Below are positions 24,792-32,581 of a DNA stretch of 50,244 bases, one piece after another (within the stretch, counting starts at the first letter, position 1; every line of letters starts with the position of its first letter). Source of the DNA: Chloroflexota bacterium. GTDB lineage: Bacteria > Chloroflexota > Limnocylindria > P2-11E. The stretch lies in the NCBI GenBank assembly GCA_005889295.1, contig VBEY01000242.1, positions 1-50,244 on the forward strand, given 5' to 3'. A model generated the notes under the pieces. It searched no databases and had not been told where the DNA came from. It saw only the letters and a list, made by a program, of their open reading frames with translations. The position numbers and the translations under genes were made by a program.

Positions 24792-24821
24792 AGGTTAACC
24801 GAACGGATGTTCAGTTGTCAA
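24792..24821 (-). promoter_or_regulatory. lexA operon promoter (-35 TTGACA, 18-nt spacer, -10 TAACCT)
   Basis: The minus strand reads TTGACA actgaacatccgttcggt TAACCT. The -10 ends 11 nt before the lexA GTG and there is no Shine-Dalgarno sequence, so the leader would be very short. The LexA box lies within the spacer. Confidence 0.6.
24800..24813. promoter_or_regulatory. LexA (SOS/Cheo) box CGAACGGATGTTCA
   Basis: A perfect GAAC-N4-GTTC palindrome lies 20 nt upstream of the lexA start, inside the promoter spacer. I saw no other GAAC-N4-GTTC at the intergenic regions I read, but the window was not exhaustively scanned. Confidence 0.8.
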
Positions 24822-24843
24822 GCGCGCTCGTATTCTCCGCCGG

Positions 24844-25611
24844 ATGCCGCTCGATCCGGCCGTCATCCGTGACAATCTCCTCGACTACGGCGCACGGACT
24901 TTCTGGGCGCTTGTCGTCGCCCTCATCACGCTCCTCGTCGCGAGGGGGGTGCGCGGCGCGACGATGCGCATGCTCGCCCGCAACCGCGCTCAGGCGAACG
25001 TCACGATCCTTCTCGGCAACCTCGCCCAGCTCGCGATCGTCACCGTCGGCATTCTCGCGATCGTCGCGATCTACACCCGCGACACCTTTGGCTGGATCCT
25101 CACGTCGTTCAGTGTCGTCGGCCTCGTTATCGGTCTCTCCCTGCAGGACATCCTCAAGAACTTCTTCGCTGGGGTTTGGGTTCTCGTGGAGCGGCCGTTC
25201 CGCATCGGCGACATGATCGAGGTCGCGGGGTATAGCGGTTCGGTCGAGGAAATATCCTTCCGCACCACTCAGCTGCGGACCGACGATGGCCGCGAGGTCA
25301 TCGTCCCGAACGGCACGTTCATGACTTCGGCGGTCGTGAACCTCACGCGATTCCCGACTCGACGCGCGTCCGCGTGGCTCGTGCTGCCGGCGGACGAGAA
25401 GGCGATCGCGAGCGACGACGTGCGCGCCGCGCTGAGCAAGGCCGAGGGTATCTCGGCGGAGCCTCCGCCGTCGATCGAGCTCCGGAGCGTCGCCGACGGA
25501 AAAGCGCAGTACCTGGTCACGTTCTGGGCAACGAATCGCGACGCGGCACTGGCGCAGGCCCTGCACGCGCTTCGGGCACGCTTCCCGCAGGGGGAGGTCC
25601 ATATTGGCTAA
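24844..25611 (+). CDS. mscS: Small-conductance mechanosensitive channel (MscS family)
   Basis: 255 aa with three TM helices followed by LSLQDILKNFFAGVWVLVERPFRIGDMIEVAGYSGSVEEISFRTTQLRTDDGREVIVPN, the MscS core. Confidence 0.9.
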   Translation: MPLDPAVIRDNLLDYGARTFWALVVALITLLVARGVRGATMRMLARNRAQANVTILLGNLAQLAIVTVGILAIVAIYTRDTFGWILTSFSVVGLVIGLSLQDILKNFFAGVWVLVERPFRIGDMIEVAGYSGSVEEISFRTTQLRTDDGREVIVPNGTFMTSAVVNLTRFPTRRASAWLVLPADEKAIASDDVRAALSKAEGISAEPPPSIELRSVADGKAQYLVTFWATNRDAALAQALHALRARFPQGEVHIG

Positions 25612-26041
25612 CCGGATCCGAGCGCCGAAGGACATGACGGAGGTCCTCGATCTCATCCGCCGCCTCCCGACCTACATCCGTCTGGTCTGGGCGCTCATCC
25701 GCGATGGCCGGGTCCCCGCGCAGCAGAAGCTCATCCTCGTGGGAATCGGCGCGTACCTCTTCTTTCCGATCGACCTCATCCCGGATTTTGTCCCCGTTCT
25801 CGGACAGCTCGACGATCTTGCCGTCGTGCTCCTCGGTCTCGACCTCTTCATCCGCAGCGCACCCGCGGACATCGTCGAGGAGCACCTCGCGAGGATCTCG
25901 CAGGACAAAGATCAGCTGAGCCGCGACATCGCCACCGCCGAGCGCGTCCTCGGGGACCGTTTCAGCGAGGTCCGCGATACTGTTGAGAGACTCCGCACGC
26001 GCGAGCGCAAGACGACAGGTCGGAAGAGGGGAAATACATGA
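25604..26041 (+). CDS. DUF1232 (YkvA-like) membrane protein
   Basis: Contains AYLFFPIDLIPDFVPVLGQLDDLAVV, the DUF1232 signature. The TTG at 25604 is preceded by GGGGAGG with a 6-nt spacer. An ATG at 25634 is the alternative start. Confidence 0.75.
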   Translation: MANRIRAPKDMTEVLDLIRRLPTYIRLVWALIRDGRVPAQQKLILVGIGAYLFFPIDLIPDFVPVLGQLDDLAVVLLGLDLFIRSAPADIVEEHLARISQDKDQLSRDIATAERVLGDRFSEVRDTVERLRTRERKTTGRKRGNT

Positions 26042-26217
26042 GCGACCGCGACTCCGGTCCCGGCTTCTTTGGTGTTATCGAAGCATTGCTTGCGATCGTC
26101 GGCGCTCTGACGGTGATGGGCGTGGTCGCGGTCGCGGCGTCGGTGCTTGCCTGGGAAATGGAGCTGCGGCGCAGCGAGCACGACACAGCGCTCGACGAGG
26201 CGTCCACCTCCTCCTAG
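26038..26217 (+). CDS. 59-aa single-TM peptide, below the ORF-track cutoff
   Basis: Own translation gives MSDRDSGPGFFGVIEALLAIVGALTVMGVVAVAASVLAWEMELRRSEHDTALDEASTSS. Its ATG overlaps the DUF1232 stop as ATGA. Confidence 0.45.
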   Translation: MSDRDSGPGFFGVIEALLAIVGALTVMGVVAVAASVLAWEMELRRSEHDTALDEASTSS

Positions 26218-26223
26218 ACCTGC

Positions 26224-26670
26224 GTGCGCGTCATCCTCAAGGCGGAGGTACGAGGCCTCGGTCGGACCGGCGAGATCAAGGACGTCGCCGACGGCTATGC
26301 GCGCAACTACCTCCTGCCGAAAGGCCTCGCCATAGAGGCGACCGGCGGCGAGCTCAAGCATCTCGCCCAGGAACGCCAGGCCGAAAAGACGAAGAAGGAT
26401 CGCTCACACCAGGACGCCGAAGAGCTCGCGAAACGTCTCGGCGAGGTCACCCTGATGTTCAAGCTGAAAGCGGGGGAGCAGGGCAAGACCTTCGGTAGCG
26501 TCACCGCGAAGGAAGTGGCGGAGGCCCTCAAGAAAGAGGCGAAGGCCCAGATCGACAAGACCAAGATCCTCCTTCACGAGCCCCTGCGATCGCTCGGCAT
26601 CCACAAGGTCGAGGTGCGCCTTCTACCCGACGTGCGAGCCGATGTGACCGTCGTGATCGAGCCGGCCTAG
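26224..26670 (+). CDS. rplI: 50S ribosomal protein L9
   Basis: Begins MRVILKAEVRGLGRTGEIKDVADGYARNYLLPKGLA, the canonical L9 N-domain. 148 aa. Confidence 0.95.
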   Translation: MRVILKAEVRGLGRTGEIKDVADGYARNYLLPKGLAIEATGGELKHLAQERQAEKTKKDRSHQDAEELAKRLGEVTLMFKLKAGEQGKTFGSVTAKEVAEALKKEAKAQIDKTKILLHEPLRSLGIHKVEVRLLPDVRADVTVVIEPA

Positions 26671-26671
26671 T

Positions 26672-28705
26672 TTGGTGCAGCTCCTCCACCGGCCGGGTGT
26701 TCGCCTGGTCCTCACCAGCGGAACGCTGCTCTTCGTCGAGCTGGTCCTGCTGCGGTGGATCCCCGCGAACGTCACCTACATCGGGTTCTTCTCGAATTTC
26801 CTTCTCATGGCGAGCTTCCTCGGGATCGGCATCGGCATCCTCCTCGGCAGGCGTTTCGCGAACATCGCCTGGTCTCCGTTCCCGGCTCTGCTCCTCCTGG
26901 TGGTCGGTCTCATCCTCGGGGCGAAGCTGGACGTGCAGCTTCGCGCGAGCGACGAGATCTTCTTCGGCCTCGCGGAGAGCCACGCGGCCGACGTGAACTT
27001 CGCCGTCCTCCCGCTCGTCTTCGTCCTCGTCGCCGCGGTGATGGGGGCCCTCGCGCTGCCGCTCGGCTCGCTCCTCCGCGCCATGCCGCCGCTTCGCGCG
27101 TACGCGCTCGACATCGCCGGATCGATCGCCGGTATCGCGCTCTTCACCGGGCTCGCGGTGTTGAGCTCGCAGCCGCCGGTCTGGTTCGGCGTCCTCGCGA
27201 TCCTGCTATCGGCGCTCGCGCTGGCGCGCCGCCTGACGCGCTTTTCGCTGATCAACGCCGCGTTCGTGCTGGCGACGTGCGGTCTGGTGCTCGGCGCCAC
27301 GGCGAGCGGGGACCTCTGGTCGCCGTACTACCGCATCACCGTGCAGCGGCTGGCCGGGTCGGACACCACGATCCTCGTGAACGGGATTCCGCACCAGGCG
27401 ATGCACGGCGTGCGAACGGCCGACGCCGTGAGCGAGCCCTTCTACGACCAGATCTACCAGTGGTTCCCGGGTCGCACGTTTGGGCGCGCGCTTGTCGTCG
27501 GCGCCGGCAGCGGAACGGACACGGCGTACGCGCTCGCCAACAAGGTGCGGGCGGTCGACGCGGTCGAGATTGACCCGCGCATCCTCGAGCTCGGCGAACG
27601 CGAGCATCCCGATCACCCGTACTCGGACCCGCGCGTGCACGAATACGTCGACGACGGGCGCGCGTTCTTGCGCTCGAGCTCAGAGCGCTACGACCTGATC
27701 GTTTTCGCGCTGCCGGATTCGCTGACGCTCGTGAGCACGAGCGCGAACGTTCGCCTCGAGTCCTTCCTCTTCACCCGCGAGGCGTTCGCCAGCGCGCGCG
27801 ACCATCTCACGCCGGATGGAGTCTTCGTCCTCTACAACTACTACCGGCAGCCGTGGCTGCTGTCGAAGATCACCGGCATGCTCGCGGACGTCTTCCAGAC
27901 CAAACCACTGGTGCGCCGGTACGACGCGGCGATCGGGTCGGCGGCCGTACTAGCGGCGAGCGCAGCGGTGCTTCCGGTCTCAGGCCAGGCGTCGCTCGCG
28001 AGCGTGAGCGAGCCACCGCAGGCGGCGACCGACGATTGGCCGTTCCTCTATCTCCGCGATCGCGCGATCGCCTCCTACTACGTCATCGCCCTCGCCTTCG
28101 TGCTGTTCGTCGCCGGCCTCGGGGCCGTGCTCGCCGCGCGGGCGACGACCGTGCCGCTCGCGGCGTTCAGCCCGCATTTCTTTCTGCTCGGCGCGGCCTT
28201 CCTGTTGCTCGAGACGCGGAGCCTCACGATCTTCAGCCTTCTGTTTGGCACGACCTGGACCGTCAACGCCATGGCCTTCGCGGCGATCCTCACCAGCGTG
28301 CTGCTGGCGATCGCCGTGAACGCTGTGACGACGCCGCCCCGCGCGATCCTGTACTCGGGCCTCGGTGTCGCCCTCCTCAGCGCGTACCTACTCCCGCCGT
28401 CGGTCCTCCTGTTCGACCCGGCCTGGCTGCGCTACCTCGCGGCGGCGGTCATCGCCTTCGCGCCGGTCTTCTTCGCCAATCTCGTCTTCACTGCATCGTT
28501 TAAAGACACGAAGACGGCGGACATGGCCTTCGCGTCCAACCTCATCGGTGCCATGGTGGGTGGCGTGCTCGAGTACGCCGCGCTCGTCACCGGCTACCAG
28601 GCCCTGCTGATCGTCGTCGCGGCGATTTACGCGGCGGCCTACATCGCCGGGTCGCGCGTTCGGCTGTTCGCGGACCGCCGTCTGGTCGCGGCCGAGCCGG
28701 CCTAG
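26672..28705 (+). CDS. Polytopic membrane protein with central spermidine-synthase-like (SpeE) methyltransferase-fold domain
   Basis: 677 aa with about 7 TM helices, then ALVVGAGSGTDTAYAL..VRAVDAVEIDPRILELG...DDGRAFL...YDLIVFALPDS, then about 6 more TM helices. It starts 1 nt after rplI. Confidence 0.75.
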   Translation: MVQLLHRPGVRLVLTSGTLLFVELVLLRWIPANVTYIGFFSNFLLMASFLGIGIGILLGRRFANIAWSPFPALLLLVVGLILGAKLDVQLRASDEIFFGLAESHAADVNFAVLPLVFVLVAAVMGALALPLGSLLRAMPPLRAYALDIAGSIAGIALFTGLAVLSSQPPVWFGVLAILLSALALARRLTRFSLINAAFVLATCGLVLGATASGDLWSPYYRITVQRLAGSDTTILVNGIPHQAMHGVRTADAVSEPFYDQIYQWFPGRTFGRALVVGAGSGTDTAYALANKVRAVDAVEIDPRILELGEREHPDHPYSDPRVHEYVDDGRAFLRSSSERYDLIVFALPDSLTLVSTSANVRLESFLFTREAFASARDHLTPDGVFVLYNYYRQPWLLSKITGMLADVFQTKPLVRRYDAAIGSAAVLAASAAVLPVSGQASLASVSEPPQAATDDWPFLYLRDRAIASYYVIALAFVLFVAGLGAVLAARATTVPLAAFSPHFFLLGAAFLLLETRSLTIFSLLFGTTWTVNAMAFAAILTSVLLAIAVNAVTTPPRAILYSGLGVALLSAYLLPPSVLLFDPAWLRYLAAAVIAFAPVFFANLVFTASFKDTKTADMAFASNLIGAMVGGVLEYAALVTGYQALLIVVAAIYAAAYIAGSRVRLFADRRLVAAEPA

Positions 28706-30030
28706 GCGCCCTCGCGCGTCTCACCGAGATCGCGGAACCGCGTGAGGTCGGATTGGAAGTGCAGATCGAAGTCGCCGGTGGGCCCGTTGCGGTGTTTCGC
28801 GAGCTTCAGACGAACGACGCCTTCTTCGCGGTCCTTGCGGTCCTTCTGCCACAGGAAGAGGACAAGGTCCGCGTCGGCTTCCAAGGCACCTGACTCGCGA
28901 AGGTCTGAAAGCATCGGCTCGGTGCCACGCTGCTCGATCTGCCGTGAGAGCTGGGAGAGCGCGATCACCGGCACCTCCAGCTCGCGCGCGATCGCCTTGA
29001 GCGCGCGGCTGATGCGAGCGACCTCGAGAACGCGGCTTTCCTCCTCCTGGATGCCTTCGATGAGCTGCAGGTAGTCGATCACCACGAGGTCGAGCCCGCG
29101 CTCGGCCTGAAGCCGTCGCGACTTCGCCAGGATGTCGGTCACCGTCAGGCGGCTCGACTCCTCGACGAAGATCGGCGCCTGCTGCAGCTCGCTCGACGCG
29201 GCGGAGATCGCGGTGAACTCCTGGGTGGAGAGGCGGCCGCGGCGCATGCGGTTGCCGTCGATCTCGGCGAGCATCGAGACCAGGCGCTGGACGACCTGCA
29301 TCTCGCTCATTTCCATCGAGAAGAAGGCGCAGGTCTTGCGCTGCACGACGGCGGCGTGCTCGACGAGGTTGAGCGCGAGGCTCGTCTTGCCAAGCCCGGG
29401 TCGACCGGCGATGAGGATGAGGTCCGACGGCTGGAGCCCGCCGGTCTTCTTGTCGACCGACTCGAGCCCGGTGCGGATTCCGACGCGGAGGTCCCCGCGC
29501 GCGTCGATCTGCTCCGCATAGCGGCGCAGCGCGACGTCCAGCGGGACGATGTCGCGATGGAGGGTCGATTCGCTGACCGCGAAGAGAAGCTCCTGCGCGT
29601 CCGCGACCGCGGCTGTCGATTCGTCGCGGGTCAGCGCGAGGCGCGCGATCTCGTTCGCGACGCCGATGAGCCGCCGCAGCAGCGCGGTGCGCTCCACGAT
29701 CGCGGCGTAGCTCGAGGCATGGGCCACGGTCGGCACGTTCTGCATGAGACCGACGAGGAACTGGGCGCCGCCGATCGCGTCGAGCTCCTCATGCGCCACG
29801 AGGTCCGACTGCACGCTCGCGAATCCGACCTGCTCGCTGCGCTCCGCGACACGAGCGATCGCCCCGAGAACGATGCGGTGCTGCTCGCGCGAGAGATCGG
29901 CGGGCACCAGGCGCCCCCGCGCGACCTCGTTGTAGAGCGCGCCGTCCATGAGCATCGCGCCAAGGAGCGAGGCCTCGGCTTCGGGCTTCTCGGGCGGCGG
30001 CTTGACGCCGCGGTCGGTTTGCAGCGTCAT
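28702..30030 (-). CDS. dnaB: Replicative DNA helicase DnaB (downstream, more canonical copy)
   Basis: 442 aa from the ATG at 30030, which overlaps the upstream copy's stop as ATGA. Has Walker A GRPGLGKTSLALN and Walker B LVVIDYLQLI. Also has SRALKAIARELEVPVIALSQLSRQIEQRGTEPMLSDLRESGALEADADLVLFL. Confidence 0.9.
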   Translation of the reverse strand: MTLQTDRGVKPPPEKPEAEASLLGAMLMDGALYNEVARGRLVPADLSREQHRIVLGAIARVAERSEQVGFASVQSDLVAHEELDAIGGAQFLVGLMQNVPTVAHASSYAAIVERTALLRRLIGVANEIARLALTRDESTAAVADAQELLFAVSESTLHRDIVPLDVALRRYAEQIDARGDLRVGIRTGLESVDKKTGGLQPSDLILIAGRPGLGKTSLALNLVEHAAVVQRKTCAFFSMEMSEMQVVQRLVSMLAEIDGNRMRRGRLSTQEFTAISAASSELQQAPIFVEESSRLTVTDILAKSRRLQAERGLDLVVIDYLQLIEGIQEEESRVLEVARISRALKAIARELEVPVIALSQLSRQIEQRGTEPMLSDLRESGALEADADLVLFLWQKDRKDREEGVVRLKLAKHRNGPTGDFDLHFQSDLTRFRDLGETREGA

Positions 30031-31355
30031 GCCGGCGGCCCGCCGTCGTCGGACGCCTTCGAGAAGAATTTGGCCTGCTCGCTCTCGAAGAGGAGCTGGA
30101 ATCCGCCGGTCGGACCGTTGCGGTTCTTCGCGATCGAGCCGTTGATGAGCCGCGGCGCCCCGGGAGGTGTCTCCTCGCGGTCCCGCCACAGCATGATGAC
30201 GATGTCGCTGTCTTGCTCCAAGCTACCGCCCTCACGAAGGGTCGAGAGCTTCGGCTCGCCGCCGGAGTCGCCCGCGGCGCGAGACAGCTGCGAGAGTCCG
30301 ATGACGACCACGCCGAGCTCGCGCGCGAGCGACTTCAAATTCCGCGTGATCGTCGCGATCTCCTGAACGCGGTTCTCGTCGTCCTCGCCGGTGCGGATGA
30401 GCTGGATGTAGTCGACGATGATCACTTCGATCTTCTCGTGCGTGCTCGCGCGGCGGGCCTTTGTGCGGAGCTCCATGATCGAGATGCCCGGCGTGTCGTC
30501 GATGAACACTGGCAGACCGTGGAGCGCCGCCGCCGCGTCGGTGTCGATGATGTTCCCGGTCCGAAGCGCGAGGAGATCCATGCGCGAGTTCAGCGCGAGG
30601 TAGCGCGAGACGATCTGCTTTGCGTCCATCTCGAGCGAGAAGAGGAGCACCGGATGCCCGCGCCGCGCGATGTTGAAGCTCATCCCGAGGGCGAGGCTCG
30701 TCTTGCCGACGGACGGCCGCGCCGCGAGCACGATGAGGTCGCCGACGGTGAAGCCCTCGGTGTAATAGTCGACCTCGCGGAAGCCCGAGGGGATCCCGCT
30801 CACCTCGAAGGGACGCTCCATGCGGTCGGTCAGGTGCTCGTAGTTGGATTGCAGTGAGGCGGTGATGTGGCGGAGCTGAGCATTCGCGGACTCGTCGCGG
30901 AGTGCGAAGAGCCGTTGCTCGGCGCGGTCGAGCGCGAGCGCGATGTCGGTCGGCTCGTCGTACGCGTCCGCCGCAATTGACGTGGCCGCGCCAAGCAGGC
31001 GCCGCAGGATGGCGCGGTCGCGGACGATGCGGCCGTACCGCTCGATCTCGGCGGCCGTGGGGACGCTCTCGGCGAGCGCGCGGAGGTAGGCCTGGCCGCC
31101 GGCGCGATCGAGCTCCTCGCGCCTCGCGAGCTCCATTTGGATGGTGAGCGGATCGATGCGCTCGCGCCGCTCGAGAAGCGCCTGCGCGACGGCATAGATC
31201 CGCTGGTGACGCGGGGCGTAGAAGTCGTCGACGCGAAGCAGGTCCGCCACCTTGAAGATGGCGTCGCGATCGATGAGCAGGCTTCCGATGACGTGCTGCT
31301 CGGCAGCCTCGTCGAAAGGCACCTGCCGGTCAGCCACGCGGGCCTCGAGGGTCAC
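30027..31355 (-). CDS. DnaB-family helicase paralog (upstream, more divergent copy)
   Basis: 442 aa with a GTG start. Has PFDEAAEQHVIGSLLID, Walker A ARPSVGKTSLALG and Walker B VIIVDYIQLI. Also has ITRNLKSLARELGVVVIGLSQLSRAAGDSGGEPKLSTLREGGSLEQDSDIVIML. Confidence 0.85.
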   Translation of the reverse strand: MTLEARVADRQVPFDEAAEQHVIGSLLIDRDAIFKVADLLRVDDFYAPRHQRIYAVAQALLERRERIDPLTIQMELARREELDRAGGQAYLRALAESVPTAAEIERYGRIVRDRAILRRLLGAATSIAADAYDEPTDIALALDRAEQRLFALRDESANAQLRHITASLQSNYEHLTDRMERPFEVSGIPSGFREVDYYTEGFTVGDLIVLAARPSVGKTSLALGMSFNIARRGHPVLLFSLEMDAKQIVSRYLALNSRMDLLALRTGNIIDTDAAAALHGLPVFIDDTPGISIMELRTKARRASTHEKIEVIIVDYIQLIRTGEDDENRVQEIATITRNLKSLARELGVVVIGLSQLSRAAGDSGGEPKLSTLREGGSLEQDSDIVIMLWRDREETPPGAPRLINGSIAKNRNGPTGGFQLLFESEQAKFFSKASDDGGPPA

Positions 31356-31527
31356 GGGACCATTATGAACAGGCGTTCTAATCGCCTAAGCGCCACGCGC
31401 AGGCGACGACCGGAATCCCGTTCTGTCGGCATCGACCACATCCCCAATGCGCTGCCCGGCGGGAGCTCGCCGACAGTTCTCTCGCGCGGGACATTGGGCC
31501 GCACGGAAGGACCTCTGTCCATCATCT

Positions 31528-31581
31528 TCTCCACCAACTCGTCCACCGCGGCTCCACCAACTTCAAGATCGGTGGACAACC
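31528..31581. promoter_or_regulatory. Cluster of CCACC-core repeats resembling DnaA boxes, upstream of the dnaB pair
   Basis: The 11-mer CTCCACCAACT occurs twice (31529-31539 and 31552-31562). The inverted pair GTCCACC (31541-31547) and GGTGGAC (31571-31577) is also present. The minus strand at 31579-31571 reads TTGTCCACC. Confidence 0.3.
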
Positions 31582-31615
31582 GCACGACTCCCAACTGCGT
31601 AATCTCGGCACCACC

Positions 31616-32527
31616 TTGAGAGTCCTCGTGACCGGCGGCGCGGGTTTCCTCGGTAGCCACGTCGTCGATGCGCTCCTCGCGCGCGGTGACGAGGTCGTTG
31701 TCGTCGACGATCTTTCGACGGGCAACCGCGCGAATCTCGATCCGCGCGCCACGCTATGCATCGCCGATGTTGGGGAATCCGCCGCGCTCGAGCGCGCGCT
31801 CGCCGGCCAACGGATCGATGGCGTCGTCCACTGCGCCGCGAAGACCAAGGTCGTCGAGTCGATGGAGAAGGAGGACCTCTACGAGCGCGTCATCGTCGAA
31901 GGCACCTACAACGTGCTGGAGATGGCCCGCCAGCTTCACGTCTCGATCTTCGTGAACATCTCGACGGGAGGCGCGATCTACGGGGAGACGCCGGTATGCG
32001 CGAGCGAGGGGGTCCCGATAGATCCGCGATCGAATTACGGACGGTTCAAAGCGAAAGCTGAGAAGCTGGTCGAGTCCGCCGGCCTTCGGTCGGTAACCCT
32101 GCGGCTTGCCAACATCTATGGCCCGCGCCAGCGCACGGACCTCGAGGGCGGGGTGATCGCGATCTTCGTTGGCTGTTGGAAGCGCCGCGAGCCGATCACC
32201 CTATTCGGCGACGGCCGCTACGAACGCGACTACGTGTACGTCGCCGATGTCGTCGAATCGATCCTGGCCGCGCTCGCCGGAAAGCACACCGGCGTCTACA
32301 ACATCGGCACCGGCATCGCGACGAGCGTGAACGCGCTCGTATCCGCGCTCACGTCGGTCCTCGGACCTCCACCCGGCATCCGGAGGGCGCCCGCTCGACC
32401 GGCCGAGGTATTGCGTGGCTGTGTGGATCCGACGAAGGCCGCCCGCGAAGGACTCTGGAGACCAATGACCGCGCTCGCGGAGGGACTCCGGCTCACCGCC
32501 GCCGCGGAAGGCGCCTTGTTGCCGTAA
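31616..32527 (+). CDS. NAD-dependent epimerase/dehydratase (UDP-glucose 4-epimerase-like SDR)
   Basis: Begins (L)RVLVTGGAGFLGSHVVDALLARGDEVVVVDDLSTG, a Rossmann GxxGxxG motif. An extended-SDR YxxxK is likely at YGRFKAKAEK. TTG start. Confidence 0.85.
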   Translation: MRVLVTGGAGFLGSHVVDALLARGDEVVVVDDLSTGNRANLDPRATLCIADVGESAALERALAGQRIDGVVHCAAKTKVVESMEKEDLYERVIVEGTYNVLEMARQLHVSIFVNISTGGAIYGETPVCASEGVPIDPRSNYGRFKAKAEKLVESAGLRSVTLRLANIYGPRQRTDLEGGVIAIFVGCWKRREPITLFGDGRYERDYVYVADVVESILAALAGKHTGVYNIGTGIATSVNALVSALTSVLGPPPGIRRAPARPAEVLRGCVDPTKAAREGLWRPMTALAEGLRLTAAAEGALLP

Positions 32528-32581
32528 CGGCGTGATCCATTTCCCCACGTGCTCGAACTACAGAGGGAAATGGAGGCGGCT

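Noticed and set aside
31369-31619. An 83-aa basic ORF in the dnaB-epimerase intergenic region
   Set aside because: It has low-complexity Ser/Thr/Arg/Pro composition, mixed third-position GC and no Shine-Dalgarno sequence. The region is better explained as regulatory DNA containing the CCACC repeats.
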